Source: Chrysomallon squamiferum (Eukaryota > Animalia > Mollusca). Taken from it: a stretch of 64,000 nt of DNA. The notes under the pieces were generated by a model. That model had not been told where the DNA came from. It saw only the letters and a list, made by a program, of their open reading frames with translations, and did no database searches. Positions 27,016 through 43,024 of the stretch are shown piece by piece (position 1 is the first letter of the stretch; each line of letters opens with the position of its first letter). The translations under genes and the position numbers were made by a program. Location of the stretch: assembly GCA_012295275.1 (NCBI GenBank), contig CM022677.1, positions 6,014,001 through 6,078,000 on the forward strand, given 5' to 3'.

Positions 27016-28301
27016 TTTAAACTATTTGATATTGGAAACACTGACATTGGAAACTACTTTGTACTGCATCGTTTATCATCACTATATGAACGAGCTAACT
27101 GAAAGGCTATGAAAACCAGCGAAGCGATAACTTGTATTATTCATACTGGTCTGTAGGACGTTTTTGTGTTCATGTTTTTCAGATAATCTGGTTCAAAAAA
27201 AAACAACATTCATTCACAATATCAACAAGATGTCAAAAGTGTGACGGTTTTATTCAGAGACACTATTCTCATATATGTACATATGTGAATTAAGAATGAT
27301 ATGAAAGTTAACACCTTTCTAAAATATACGTAAGGTAAACAGCAAGATGTGTTAAATTAAAATACTTAGAAAACAATTGTGTTACGTATATTTGTCAGCT
27401 AGTAACACTGCTGTTAATATTCAATCCCCTGTTCAATTCCCTATTTCCAAACTTTTGAGAATTGCTCTCTGATTCAAACAGAAATATACTTGCTTGCTTT
27501 AGCTAAATAATAAAACATATAATATTACAATTTCATGAATTTTATCGTTTCTTTCTTTCTTTCTGTCTTTATTTATTTGTTTATTTATCTTAAATAGAAT
27601 GAAATAAAATTTATAATAAAGGAATATATATTATTTTATTACAATTGTGTATATGCGACTAAAATCATATATTCGCCTTGTATCGCGTTTTTTAAAATTA
27701 TTATAGTTTATTTATATAGCTTACGAAAAAACACTGATACTATTCAAGTTTAAACACGATAACATTTTGGCGGCTAAATGTATTATCTTTCTCCGACCTT
27801 CTACAAACCAGCTGTCTATTATTACTATATGTGTGATAGACTGTAACACGCATTTTAAAAATTAATGAACTGCACTAACTGTGTTAAGGTGTTGTTACTT
27901 TTACTGCTGTTTACTTTACCACAAACATTTAAAACGTTCACAAGTATTGTTTTCTCAGACGAAATATTAATATTAAAATTATATTCACGGTTATTAAAAT
28001 TTAATTCTTAATATGCCGTGTACAATTATCAATTGGAAAACTAGGATTCCTTCGGTAACGTTATTAGCTTATATAACACAGTACATTTGAAAATATTTTT
28101 TACCCCCAAATTAATGTCCTTCTCACTGAAAAATGATAGTCTTTCATATTTTATTATTAAAAGTAACGGGACTATCCCGAAACTTACTGTTGTACTTACC
28201 GTTGTATTGATATTATTAACAATATATGATATTTTATTTTTATGACCATGCGATTCCGCGACATAATTTACATTTCTCTCAACATGAAATTACATGATTT
28301 T
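26009..28301. repeat. Near-perfect ~450-bp inverted repeat (26009-26456 / 27855-28301) with a ~1.4 kb spacer
   Basis: cggtaagtacaacagtaagtttcgggatagtccc vs gggactatcccgaaacttactgttgtacttaccg; only one small difference noticed (tccttgga vs tcgcgga). Confidence 0.93.
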
Positions 28302-28464
28302 TAATTATATTTGTTTGTTTTCATTCTATTGCTTCCATTTTTTTCATTCTGTCACTTCATATCTTATTTCTTTCTTTCATTTTTTTTTCATTTTTACTCG
28401 TTTTTCCTTTCATTCTTTTTCTATCTCTCTTTCTCTCATCCTACACTAATATTACATTGTATGC

Positions 28465-28542
<78 letters not shown>

Positions 28543-28983
28543 CTGTATTGTATTATTGAGTACCGAATAAATCAGTGTACATAAAATGTATCCGTCGTCT
28601 TATGTGTGTTTGGGTGTGTGTTTGTGTGTGTGTGTTTGTGTTGTGTGTTTGTGTTGTGTGTTTGTGTTTGTGTGTGTGTTTGTGTGTGTGTTTATGTTTG
28701 TGTGTGTGTGTTTGTGTGTGTTTGTGTGTGTGAGTGTGTTTGTGTGTGTGTTTGTGTGTTGTTTGTGTGTGTTTGTGTGTGTGTGTTTGAGTGTGTGTGT
28801 GTGTGTGTGTAACTGTTTGTTTGTTATACAAAGTTGGCCATAGCTAATTATCTTAATTAAACAAAACTAATACTTTGTTTATTAAGCAAATCCCGCCATA
28901 GCTATTTTATCTCAATTCTTAAATTTTATAACTTTGTGTGTTTGTTATACAAAACCCGCAGTTTATTTACTTATTATAATTAC

Positions 28984-29038
<55 letters not shown>

Positions 29039-30192
29039 GACTTATTTCTAGTTTATAGTTGCTTTATATTTTATATATAGACTTCACAATCTTAATAATA
29101 ATAATGAAAAGATTATATACATATAAACATTATTACTTTATTAAGATTATATATGCCTAGTATGCATCTACTGAAAAACAGTTTCATAGATATCCGTTTT
29201 TAACGTTATAACAAAGACAACTTTAAATATCTACTACCATAAAATTCTCGTTTTGTTTTAGATTTTCAATGTTTGAACCTAACTCTGTATTATGGTTGTT
29301 GTTTCCTTTACATGAATTTTGTTTATATTTAAGATACGTAAACAGTTTTAGTATATTCTACTATGTTTACTTTGAATCCAATGGATTACTTCATACTCAT
29401 TGTTTGAGAACACAGGTACAAAGTTTATTTCTCAAAGTTTCAAATTAATTTATTTTTAGACATAGGTGAAAATCTATTTGGAAAATTTATTTCTACAGAA
29501 AATAATTTACTTTTGGGGACATTTTACGGATAAAGCTTATTTCTTAACAGATTTGTACAAGTGGACGGATTTTGGGCTTTATAGTTTATTCTTGTTTTTA
29601 AAGTTATGTTTTCTGGTTCTGAATTTCCTGTGTAACTATTGTCCCAAAATGGTTAAAGTCAGCACCAGGACAGTATTCTCCTTGAACCTGAGTATGTCGA
29701 TATACATTTATTTAGTCCGTTATATATTTCGGTAGTGGAACATCATTTCTTTTTTCTGTTGTTTTTTTGTTTCTTTTTTTAATTTCAGGTAAGCGACACG
29801 GTTTTCACATTCATGATACATTTTATAACTACATATAAAAGCGTTCAGGGATGTATACAAAATCAAGAACAATAAAATATATTTCTAAATCTGTATGAAA
29901 TATGTATGTATGTATACATTTAGGAATGAATATGCTGCATCGTATGTACGTGTGATTCTAATCTGGAGCGCACTAGCACAGAAGTGCACTCACAAAGTCT
30001 GATGTCGCTGAGGAGACTGGAAAGTGTGACATCCATTTCCCCGCACTTCTTAGACAGACCGAGTAAACTCATCAATCCCATGAAGCACGCGTTTTTGTTG
30101 TTGTTCTTTTGTCTTTTTTCATTTGTGTGTGCTTATATATATATATTGTTTTTTTGTGGGGCATCGGATGCTTTGAGAGCAGAATCGTTTTA

Positions 30193-30283
<91 letters not shown>

Positions 30284-30375
30284 CCGTGTGTGTGTGTGTG
30301 TGTCTGTCTTTCTGACTTTCGTACATAGAGTAAAACAGATATAATCTGTTATTTAATTTTGAATAGCGAACGAAA

Positions 30376-30434
<59 letters not shown>

Positions 30435-31049
30435 TATTAACTCTACAGCATTTCGGTTTGGTAATTTATCAATAAGTTTACAGAATAGGGGTTTGAATAT
30501 TATGTTTTTAAAAATATACGCAACATAACTGTTTTTTAAGTTTTGTAACACATTGAAATTACCTTATATATTTGCTACATATTCCTATTTCTATCTACCT
30601 ATCTCTCTAACTATCTATATATCTCTATATATATCTGCCTATCTATCTATCGATCTATCTACGTGCATGTTTTATTTCATTAATATACCATGAAGCTATA
30701 AGAGCAGGACAGCGAAGTAAAGGTCAAAATGACATAATGAAATCTTAGACTTTCGTTCAGATAAAAATGAGAATAGCGTCTCTAAATAAAACCGTCACAA
30801 TTTTTTCATCTTGTCATACAGGTTTGTAAAGAGAGAAAGATAAAGACATGAGAGAAAGATAATACATTTCTATACCCAACACAGATCTTGTATAAACTTC
30901 TATAGTTATATACAGGCGGTAATAGATGCTTTTTTTATGTAAGGTGTATAAATAATGAATAGCAATGAAAAACAGGACATTAAGATAACGCATGTTTTTA
31001 GTCACGTACGCATAATAATAATAATAATAATAATAATAATAGCAGTAGC

Positions 31050-31080
<31 letters not shown>

Positions 31081-32610
31081 TTTGTATAACTGTAACCAGT
31101 CTCTCTCTCCCTGCATATACGTGTTTGTGTGTGTGTGTGTGGAACAAATCTCACTGAGTAGGATTATTATTTTATGACAGTATAAAACTAGTTCCCGATA
31201 TTAATTACTATATGAACGTGGTAATAAAAGTAAAAGAAAAATATCTTGAATATGGCCACTGTAAGGACATAAAGATAAGATTTTGTTTCACTGACGAACA
31301 AAGGAATGTTTTCTTCTTCTGCTTCTACCTTTCATTCTTTTCTTCTCTTTATTTTTTTTTTCGTTATATAGCTTTTCAAGTCTCCATTCACCGCGTAACC
31401 TAATTTGAAGTTTTTTCAAATAACATTTTATTTGTTTACTGAAGCGAAACTTACTATGTTGTTTGTTTGCTGGTGTGAACAGTAAAACAAGTTACGAGTG
31501 TTTTAAAATGACAGATTTATTCAGGAGACCATAATCCACATAGAAAAATGATGTAGATACATCGATTTATTAAATAACGAAATAAAGTACATTACAATTA
31601 AACAAATACTACACAAACGTACAATTGGTCACGTTTCAACATAATTTATGTCAGTATTAAACTAATTTCCCGATCTAACATATTATAATCTGAATTTAAT
31701 CAAATTTATTTCCCGATCTAATCGTCGACAGTATGTGCAAATATTAATATCTCTGAATGTAATTTATGTACTTATACATATCTCGCTCAGTCTGTATAAA
31801 TGTAACCTACAAATAATAATTTTTTTATAAAGTGACTCTTTTCATCTAAGAAAAGAAAAAAAGAAACTTTTTTATATACGTGAGTAAAAGTTATTATTTT
31901 CTGTCAGTGAGAATATCAGTATTTTATATTATATTTGTTTAAAGTTTAAATAATAAACTATCTGGAATGAGGGTTTTCTTAAATATATCATTAATCACGA
32001 TGAATAAAATACTCGAGCGACAAGGAAGATGTTTTAAATTACACACCTACATACACGTATACACACACATACACATACATACATACACACAACACAATTA
32101 CATTCATATATATACACATACATACACAACTCACACATATATACACATACCCACAAACACAACACACACACACATACATACAGAATACACACAACGCATA
32201 CAGACACATTCACGCACAATACACCAACACACATGCACACACATACACACTGCAACCACATCCTACACGTTCAGTTTAACAGAAGTTTAGATTCTGTTTG
32301 TTTACCGAGGCGAAACATTCTCGGCTGTTTAGTCACGTTTTGAATTCACGCTGACAAAATCAATACAGGTCCTGATAAATAGTGTGCAGTATGTGAAGTA
32401 GAATATATTTCCTAAAATTTATCACTCGCAGTAATTAAAAATAAATAAATAAATAAATAAAGTAAAATAACAAAAGTATTTAACAGATGTATTATTATTA
32501 GCAGTTTTGTGATAATGGTTATACAAGTATTAGTATTAATAGTAGCAGTTGTTGCTCCTGTACAGTATTTTTTATCCTTAATTTTGTTTTAATATTTATT
32601 ATTATTATTA

Positions 32611-32665
<55 letters not shown>

Positions 32666-33108
32666 TTTTTTATTTTTATTATTATCATTTGTTTAAATGT
32701 TACAACAGCGCACACATCTAGTATTGAACTCAGGTACGGACCTGAGTACAGAGGAATGTGGGTTTCAAAAAAAAAAAAAAAAAAAAAAAGGAAACAAAGA
32801 AGAAAAAACTCAAACAAAAGATCCGATTTTGTGAAAATTTATAATAATAATAGTTTCTGTTTTCTGTCAAACGCTTATCAAAACAAAATCAGAATTTCCA
32901 GGTCCAGTGACCTCCATTTCATAAAAGGGCCCACCGGACTGTGCAAAGGTTACAAATTATTAGATTACTGCAGATGTCAGTGAAAACATCGAATTCAGAG
33001 AGCAAGAGAACCAGCGTAGACAGACACATTTTAAAACTTTGTTTGTTACACAAAACTCGTCATAGCTAATTATCTTAATTCTTAAATTTTAAAACTTTGT
33101 ATGTTTGT

Positions 33109-33182
<74 letters not shown>

Positions 33183-33242
33183 GTGTGTGTGTTTTTCTAG
33201 CTACGTTCTTTGGTATACCAGCTTGTAGCACTGGTTTTCGCT

Positions 33243-33276
<34 letters not shown>

Positions 33277-33278
33277 AA

Positions 33279-33319
<41 letters not shown>

Positions 33320-33724
33320 TAACAATAATAACAATAATAATGCAGAACCCCCGAAAAAAACAAAACACTAGAAATAATTGTGATCATGGCCATCTAAAAT
33401 GTTCTATTCGTGAAAACCAACACTATTGGAGGGTTGAAACCTTTCATACAGATCAAAAATGAACATACCCTGTCTGTCTATTTGCCGCTTTATAAGGCAT
33501 AACTTAATATGTGATGAATAGTTTATTGTTTAAATAGTTTATTGTTGTTATTATTATTATTAGTAGTAGTAGTAGTAGCAGAAGTAGTAGCAGCAGCAGC
33601 AGTAGTAGCAGTAGCAGCAGCAGTAGCAGTAATAGTAGCAGCAGCAGTTGTAGTAGTAATAGTAGCAGCAGTAGTAGTACAGAACTGTTACTTTTATTAA
33701 CAACTGCTAACATTATTTGAACAA

Positions 33725-33850
33725 TGTCTTGAGAGGAAACCCGCTATACAGAGAAACTTTCAAGGATGTAACACTCGATAGTTTTCACTGGTACTGGATG
33801 TGACGTGGAAATACTTAGTGGATCCGCAGTGAACGTTCAAGTCTACACGA
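33725..33850. mobile_element. Degenerate SINE-like fragment (duplicate at 43385-43510)
   Basis: GAGAGGAAACCCGCT...CACTGG...GGATCC resembles a widespread molluscan tRNA-derived SINE (recalled, not searched). Confidence 0.3.
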
Positions 33851-33931
33851 CGATGTTTTATTGTAATTAAGCAAACTACTGAACGTTGAATCGAACATTT
33901 ATTTCTTTGTTAATTTAAAAAAATGATGATG

Positions 33932-33986
<55 letters not shown>

Positions 33987-34585
33987 TAATAATAATAAGA
34001 AAACACTTAAAATATGTAGAAAATAACATGACCAAATTTTAAGCAAACAAAGTTTGACATTAAAAGTCTTCTCTTTTTCTTTTCTATCAAAACAAACCAG
34101 TCAAATGTAACTTTCATATCTATTACCAGGTCCTAAACCTGTTCTATACAAAGATGTACATAAATAATATAAATTGCTACTTTTGAATAAATAAATATAT
34201 TAAAAAAAAAAAAAAAAAATAAAGTAATATATATATATAAAAATCATAACCTAATTTGCAAAAATAATCTGAAGTGTAGGATGTTTTCAAATACATTTAT
34301 TGAATTAACACTGAAAGGTTAATTTTGTCAATAAATATTAAATGAAATGAAATAATGATAAACATGCATAAAAAATCTATTGAAATTAAAAAGTATTTAA
34401 ATCGAGTAAGAATTATATTTTATTTGTAAAACAAAATTCCTAAATCAGACTTCTTTTATCTATTCATGAATCTTAATAAGTCTTAAATCTAACTCTAAAC
34501 CTACCCTCAGCCAATCCTCACTCACACTTTTTATTATTGTTGAATTTAACTCAGTGATAATTATGTTGAATGAAGATAATGTCTT

Positions 34586-34636
<51 letters not shown>

Positions 34637-36456
34637 GAATGTATTATCATTCAGTCTCATTTTGTCAAAAGTATGATTCGCTCTCCTGAGTTAAGACTGA
34701 TTTCTAGTGAAATGTCTGTAATAACACTGAATTTGTTAATCACTGTACCTTATGAAGTTGTCTATGACTCTAGCTTAAATTATAAATATAAATAACAAAA
34801 CTCAGAATAATTTAAATATTTGTTTGGAAGGAGAAAACAGGATTTAAATAAACATTTAAAACTACCTATTTTAAATCTTTGAATACAATTACCTGTCATA
34901 AATAAAAAGAAAAGCCTGTATCAAAAGTGTCAGCAACAAGACTTGAATCACTTTAGTTATTTTGTGTAATATGTGTAATGACTGGTTCCACATATTGTCT
35001 GTAACAGAAAGATATACAGATAGAGAGATAGACAGACAGATAGAAAAATAGACTAAACAATTTAAATATTATATTCTGCAACAGGAAACAACCAAATTTT
35101 TCAGTCATTTGAAATGCAAGTAAAATTCAAAATTATAGATCTCTATGCAAAGTTTTTATGGTGTTTTCTGAATATGTACACACCAAACAAATGAATAATA
35201 GTACCATTATTACAGTACTCCCTCAATTACTTAAGCAAAACATGGTATAAGATGTATCTGAACTTTCAAACAAAAAGTATTTAACTTTTTTTAAAAGGTT
35301 TTAAAGTGCTGAGAGGCGCCAAGATTTCTGATTGATCCAATACAAGTGTATTAATAAAATAAAATAAAAAAGACATTAGGTTAGAACAAATTTAGAATTT
35401 TCTAAACAACGTGACATATAATATAATCTAATATAATATAATCTGCAAATTAATCATTAAGAAAAGATATTCCAAACAACATATATTCTATGTTTTATTA
35501 ATATATGTTTTTATAAATCTTTACCAGTAGATACAAAAAAATAACAATAATAATAAAGTTATCTCCTTTGAGCTATACGATTTGTAGTTTTTCAAAACAG
35601 TAAATCAAGGATTTCTACATCAGTCATTTTTTAAATAATTTCTTTTTCACACACTTGACTGTCTGGTCCAAACATTCTGTCTACTGGTCTATTTCTGTCT
35701 GTATCTTGCATGAATAACACTTTGAATCTGAAATCACAGTTTCACAGATTTATAAATTCTTCAGTTAGTGCAGTCCATGTAACAAGTAACTGTTTTTAAA
35801 TATTACTTTTGGTGTGGAAGTTTCTAACAGCTCTCAAATTCTTCAAGAATTCAGTTCTTCATATTTGTTGTGAAGATATTTTATCTTCTGCTGTTTCTTC
35901 TGATTAGTTTGTTCAGTACAGTGAGAAATCTTGAAGAACTTGGAGAAAAACACAAGTCACTCAGAATCAATGTCACTTCTCACATGTTTCTTTTATTCTC
36001 AAAACAAGCTTATGAAAAAGGACCCTGGAGAAAAACAAAATTATTATTAAAATTAAAATAATATTCAGAGTTGTATAAATAATATTTTAGAATTTAACCA
36101 CGTACAATGAAGGTTGATATAATTCAAATGGGATGGGTTGTCACTTAATTATTTTAATGATTTTTTACTTACTGTTAAAAAGCCATTTATTCCATGGACA
36201 AAATCAGTTTAATTTAGCATTGCATTTCATTTCATTTCGTTTATTTAATTGTGAATCATTTCACACATTACATTTTATTTCATTTTATTCCATTAATTTT
36301 ATAAGATTTTATCATTATTTCATTTCTTTTATTTCAGTTCAGTTCAGTTTGTTCAGTTCAATTGAATTATTGTACTGTATTGTGTTGTGTTGTTGTGTAT
36401 TGTACTTCACAGTATTTCATTTCATTTATTTTATTTTATTGTACTTATTCTTAGAT

Positions 36457-37160
36457 ATCGAATGATCAGGTAAAGCAGTCTGAGTTATCATTACTAGTGT
36501 ACAAACTATTACTGAACGAAGTTAACAAGAACATTCTTAATCACAAATATATATTGCATGTTTTATCTATTGTCCATGATTTTCGTTGTACATATATATG
36601 TGGTTATCTCTAGTGCTTCCCTATTAAAATCATGCATTCCGAAAAGGCTTACAGATGAGTACTTACAATAATGTTACTCTTTCATTGATAACTCGTCCAG
36701 AGCTTCAAATTATAAACTTTATAAAAATACTATCACATTTACGACATATTTCAACCTTACAGAGAGAAAATACTGCTGCCCATTGTTCCAGTTTATACTT
36801 TCAAATCATAATCTTCCTCTGGAAAAATAAACCATTAGAAAAGAGAAAATATCAATTGTGTAATTAACATTGACATCGGAGATGAGTTGCATTGTATATT
36901 TATATGTATATATATACTTTTTTTAAGAACCGTTATCTACCATTTTAAGATGATAGAACATTTTAATACCTGATAGGTTTAACTTGTCTTTATTGGTGGA
37001 TCAAAGTTTTAAAAATGTTGCTACAGACCCGTCTGTTTAGGATACAGCTTTAGAATACACCATAATGGAAACCCGAAATGTCGCCAAAATGGCGCCCAGT
37101 AAATTGCAGGAGGATCACAAAATCGTTATTTATCATCTTGCTTGCCGCCATTTTTCTTCG
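36457..37160. mobile_element. Dispersed element with AAAATGGCG/GCCATTTT motifs; inverted copy at 61045-61370
   Basis: tatcgaatgatca..aaagcagtct and gaaatgtcgccaaaatggcgc match the reverse complement of 61045-61370. Confidence 0.55.
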
Positions 37161-37406
37161 TGTTGCAATTATATATACATAAATTATTTAGGAAAAAAAT
37201 AAGACAGTTGACCGATTTCATGTACAATGGAATGTTTTATATATTTTATCTGTCTGAATAAAAAAACATATTAATCTCTTTTTGAAAAGAGAGTTTCAGT
37301 TTTCTTGAATCGGTATATCGTATCGGGGTTCTTATATCCTAATACGAGTCTGTATCATTACAGCTCTTGTATGTGTGTGTATATATATATTAATAATTAA
37401 TGGTTT

Positions 37407-37442
<36 letters not shown>

Positions 37443-37453
37443 ACCACGAATCC

Positions 37454-37492
<39 letters not shown>

Positions 37493-37634
37493 TGTGTTTG
37501 TCAGTGTGTGTGTGTGTGTGTTTGTGTTTGTGTGTTTGTGTGTTTGTCAGTGTGTGCGTGTGTGTGTGTGTGGTAGTTCTTTATTCGTTAACATATTTCA
37601 CTATAGCAGCAAAGCCAGTTAATCTTATAATAAC

Positions 37635-37683
<49 letters not shown>

Positions 37684-38070
37684 CAAAAACGTAAAACAAA
37701 ATAAAATAGGGACATTATTACACTACAGTACATTGTATAACTGTGACATCAACTTGAACTTAAATTGACCTTCAAATGAATACCCATGACGTTTAAAAAA
37801 ATCTTATTTTCCAAGCCGTCGGTTACATAATTTATTTTATTTATTATTATTTATTAATTCTTTCTCTCGCTTTTTTATTCTTTCGATGTTTTCTTTCTAA
37901 TTATATGTGTTTGTTTTCATTCTATTGCTTCTAGCTCCCATTTTTTTTCATTCTGTCACTTCATATTTTATTTCTTTCTTTCACATTTTTGTTTCATGTT
38001 TACTCGTTTTTCCTTTCATTCTTTTTCTATCTCTCTTTCTCTCATCCTACATTAATATTACATTGTATTC

Positions 38071-38124
<54 letters not shown>

Positions 38125-38318
38125 CTGTATTGTATTATTGAGTACCGAATAAATCAGTGTAAATAAAATGTATCCGTCGTCTTATGTGTGTGTGTTTGTG
38201 TGTGTGTGTTTGTGTTGTGTGTTTGTGTGTGTCTTTGTGTTGTGTGTTTGTGTCTGTGTGTGTGTGTGTGTTTGTGTTGTGTGTTTGTGTGTGTTTGTGT
38301 GTGTCTTTGTGTTTGGGT

Positions 38319-38350
<32 letters not shown>

Positions 38351-40058
38351 TTGTTTGTTTGTTTACAAAGTTGTGTGTGTGTGTGTGTCTTTGTGTAAAA
38401 AAATTGTGTGTACTGTTTGTTTGTTTGTTATACAAAGTTGGCCATAGCTAATTATCTTAATTAAAAAAACTAATACTTTGTTTATTAAGCAAATCCCGCC
38501 ATAGCTATTTTATCTCAATTCTTAAATTTTAAAACTTTGTGTGTTTGTTATACAAAACCCGCAGTTTATTTACTTATTATAATTACTAACACACACACAC
38601 ACACACATACACACACACACACAATGACTTATTTCTAGTTTATAGTTGCTTTATATTTTATATATAGACTTCACAATCTTAATAATAATAATGAAAAGAT
38701 TATATACATATAAACATTATTACTTTATTAAGATTATATATGCCTAGTATGCATCTACTGAAAAACAGTTTCATAGATATCCGTTTTTAACGTTATAACA
38801 AAGACAACTTTAAATATCTACTACCATAAAATTCTCGTTTTGTTTTAGATTTTCAAGGTTTGAACCTACCTCTGTATTATGTTTGTTATTTCCTTTACAT
38901 GACTTTAGTTTACATTTAAGATACATAAACAGTTTTAGTATATTCTACTATGTTTACTTTGAATCCAATGGATTACTTCATACTCATTGTTTGGGAACAC
39001 GTACAAAGTTTATTTCTCAAAGTTTCAAATTAATTTATTTTTAGACATAGGTGAAAATCTATTTGGAAAATTTATTTCTACAGAAAATAATTTACTTTTG
39101 GGGACATTTTACGGATTAAGCTTATTTCTTAACAGGTTTGTAGAAGTGGACGGATTTTGGTCTTTAGAGTTTGTTCTTGTTTTTAAAATTTTATTTTCTG
39201 GTTCTGAATTTCCTGTGTAACTATTGTCCCAAAATGGTTAAAGTCAGCACCAGGACAGTATTCTCCTTGAACCTGATTATGTCGATATACATTTATTTAG
39301 TCCGTTATATATTTCGGTAGTGGAACATCTTTTCTTTTTTCTGTTGTTGTTTTGTTTCTTTTTTTAATTTCAGGTAAGCGACACTGTTTTCACATTCATT
39401 ATACATTTTATAACTACATATAAAAGCGTTCAGGGATGTATACAAAAATAAGAACAATAAAATGTATTTCTAAATCTGTATGAATATATGTATGTATGTA
39501 TGTATGTATGTATACATTTAGGAATGAATATGCTGCATCGTATGTACGTGTGATTCTAATCTGGAGCGCACTAGCACAGAAGTGCACTCACAAAGTCTGA
39601 TGTCGCTGAGGAGACTGGAAAGTGTGACATCCATTTCCCCGCACTTCTTAGACAGACCGAGTAAACTCATCAATCCCATGAAGCACGCGTTTTTGTTGTT
39701 GTTCTTTTGTCTTTTTTTTTGTGTGTGCTTATATATATTTGGGGCATCGGATTTTTTTGTGTGGGGCATCGGATGTTGTGTGTCTGTCTTTTTGACTTTC
39801 GTACATAGAGTAAATTGAATAGAACGAAATAATAAATAATAATAATAATAGTAATAATAATACTATTTTAACTCTACAGCATTTCGGTTTGGTAATTTAT
39901 CAATAAGTTTACAGAATAGGGGTTTGAATATTATGTTTTTAAAAATATACGCAACATAACTGTTTTTTAAGTTTTGTAACACATTGAAATTACCTTATAT
40001 ATTTGCTACATATTCCTATTTCTATCTACCTATCTCTCTAACTATCTATATATCTCTA

Positions 40059-40112
<54 letters not shown>

Positions 40113-40455
40113 CGTGCATGTTTTATTTCATTAATATACCATGAAGCTATAAGAGCAGGACAGCGAAGTAAATGTCAAAATGATGAAATCTTAGACTTTC
40201 GTTCAAATAAAAATGAGAATAGCATCTCTAAATAAAACCGTAACAATTTTTTCATCTTGTCATAAAGTGAAGCTCGCTTTACAGGTTTGTAAAGAGAGAA
40301 AGATAATACATTTCTATACCCAACACAGATCTTGTATAAACTTCTATAGTTATATACAGGCGGTAATAGATGTTTTTTTTATGTAAGGTGTATAAATAAT
40401 GAATAGCAATGAAAAACAGGATATTAAGATAACGCATGTTTTTAGTCACGTACGC

Positions 40456-40491
<36 letters not shown>

Positions 40492-40499
40492 GCAGTAGC

Positions 40500-40533
<34 letters not shown>

Positions 40534-42304
40534 TTTGTATAACTGTAACCAGTCTCTCTCTCCCTGCATATACGTGTTTGTGTGTGTGTGTATGGAACAA
40601 ATCTCACTGAGTAGGATTATTATTTTATGACAGTATAAAACTAGTTCCCGATATTAATTATTATATGAACGTGGAGATAAATGTACAGCTGATTCGCATT
40701 CTCTTTATCTACAGCGACGTCAATAAATTTACAAAAATAAACGTAAATTATTTTAACACGTTGCTGATACTTTCTGTTTTTTGTTACAAAGGCATTGTGT
40801 TTTGTTTTGTTTTGTTTTATTTATACACACAAATATTTTTTCCCTGGAAAGAAAAGGTCGAAATGACAAAGTCAAATCTCCGACTTGTGTTCAGTTAACA
40901 ACATCTAGGGGAAAATAAAAATAAAAATAAATAAAAGTAAAAGAAAAATATCTTGAATATGGCCACTGTAAGGACATAAAGATAAGATTTTGTTTCACTG
41001 ACGAAGAAAGGAATTTTTTCTTCTTCTGCTTCCACCTTTCATTCTTTTCTTTTCTTTATTTTTTTTTTCGTTATATAGCTTTTCAAGTCTCCATTCACCG
41101 CATAACCTAATTTGAAGTTTTTTTCAAATAACATTTTATTTGTTTACTGAAGCGAAACTTACTATGTTGTTTGTTTGCGGGTGTGAACAGTAAAACAAGT
41201 TACGAGTGTTTTAAAATGACAGATTTATTCAGGAGACCATACTCCACAGATGATGTAGATACATCGACTTATTAAATAACGAAATAAAGTACATTACAAT
41301 TAAACAAATACAACACAAACGTACAGTTGGTCACGTTTCAACATAATTTATGTCAGTATTAAACTAATTTCCCGATCTAACATATTATAATCTGAATTTA
41401 CATCAAATTTATTTCCCGATCTAATAGTCGACAGTATGTGCAAATATTAATATTTCTGAATGTAATTTTATGTACTTATACATATCTCGCTCAGTCTGTA
41501 TAAATGTAACCTACAAATAATAATGTTTTTATAAAGTGACTCTTTTCATCTAAGAAAAGAAAAAAAGAAACTTTTTTATATACGTGAGTAAAAGTTATTA
41601 TTTTCTGTCAGAGAGAATATCAGTATTTTTTATATTATATTTGTTTAAAGTTTAAATAATAAACTATCTGGAATGAGGGTTTTCTTAAATATATCATTAA
41701 TCACGATGAATAAAATACTCGAGCGACAAGGAAGATGTTTTAAATTACACACCTACATACACGTATACACACACATACACATACATACATACACACAACA
41801 CAATTACATTCATATATATACACATACATACACAACTCACACATACATACACATACCCACAAACACAACACACACACACATACAAACAGAATACACACAA
41901 CGCATACAGACACATTCACGCACAATACACCAACACACATGCACACACATACACACTGCAACCACATCCTACATGTTCAGTTTAACAGAAGTTTAGATTC
42001 TGTTTGTTTATCGAGGCGAAACATACTTGGCTGTTTAGTCACGTTTTGAATTCACGCTGACAAAATCAATACAGGGTCCTGATAAATAGTGTGCAGTATG
42101 TGAAGTAGAATATATTTCCTAAAATTTATCACTCGCAGTAATTAAAAATAAATAAATAAATAAATAAAGTAAAATAACAGATGTATTATTATTAGCAGTT
42201 TTGTGATAATGGTTATACAAGTATTAGTATTAATAGTAGCAGTTGTTGCTCCTGTACAGTATTTTTTATCCTTAATTTTGTTTTAATATTTATTATTATT
42301 ATTA

Positions 42305-42353
<49 letters not shown>

Positions 42354-42801
42354 TTTTTATTTTTTATTATTATCATTTTTTTAAATGTTACAACAGCGCA
42401 CACATCTAGTATTTAACTCAGGTACGGACCTGAGTACAGAGGAATGTGGGTTTCACAAAAAAAAAAAAAAAAAAAAAAAGGAAACAAAGAAGAAAAAACT
42501 GAAACAAAAGATCAGATTTTGTGAAAATTTTTAATAATAATAGTTTCTGTTTTCTGTCAAACGCTTATCAAAACAAAATCAGAATTTCCAGGTCCAGTGA
42601 CCTCCATTTCATAAAAGGGCCCACCGGACTGTGCAAAGGTTACAAATTATTAGATTACTGCAGATGTCAGTGAAACCATCGAATTCAGAGAGCAAGAGAA
42701 CCAGCGTAGACAGACACATTTTAAAACTTTGTTTGTTACACAAAACTCGTCATAGCTAATTATCTTAATTCTTAAATTTTAAAACTTTGTATGTTTGTTA
42801 T

Positions 42802-42869
<68 letters not shown>

Positions 42870-42926
42870 TGTGTGTTTTTCTAGCTACGTTCTTTGGTAT
42901 ACCAGCTTGTAGCACTGGTTTTCGCT

Positions 42927-42968
<42 letters not shown>

Positions 42969-42969
42969 A

Positions 42970-43024
<55 letters not shown>

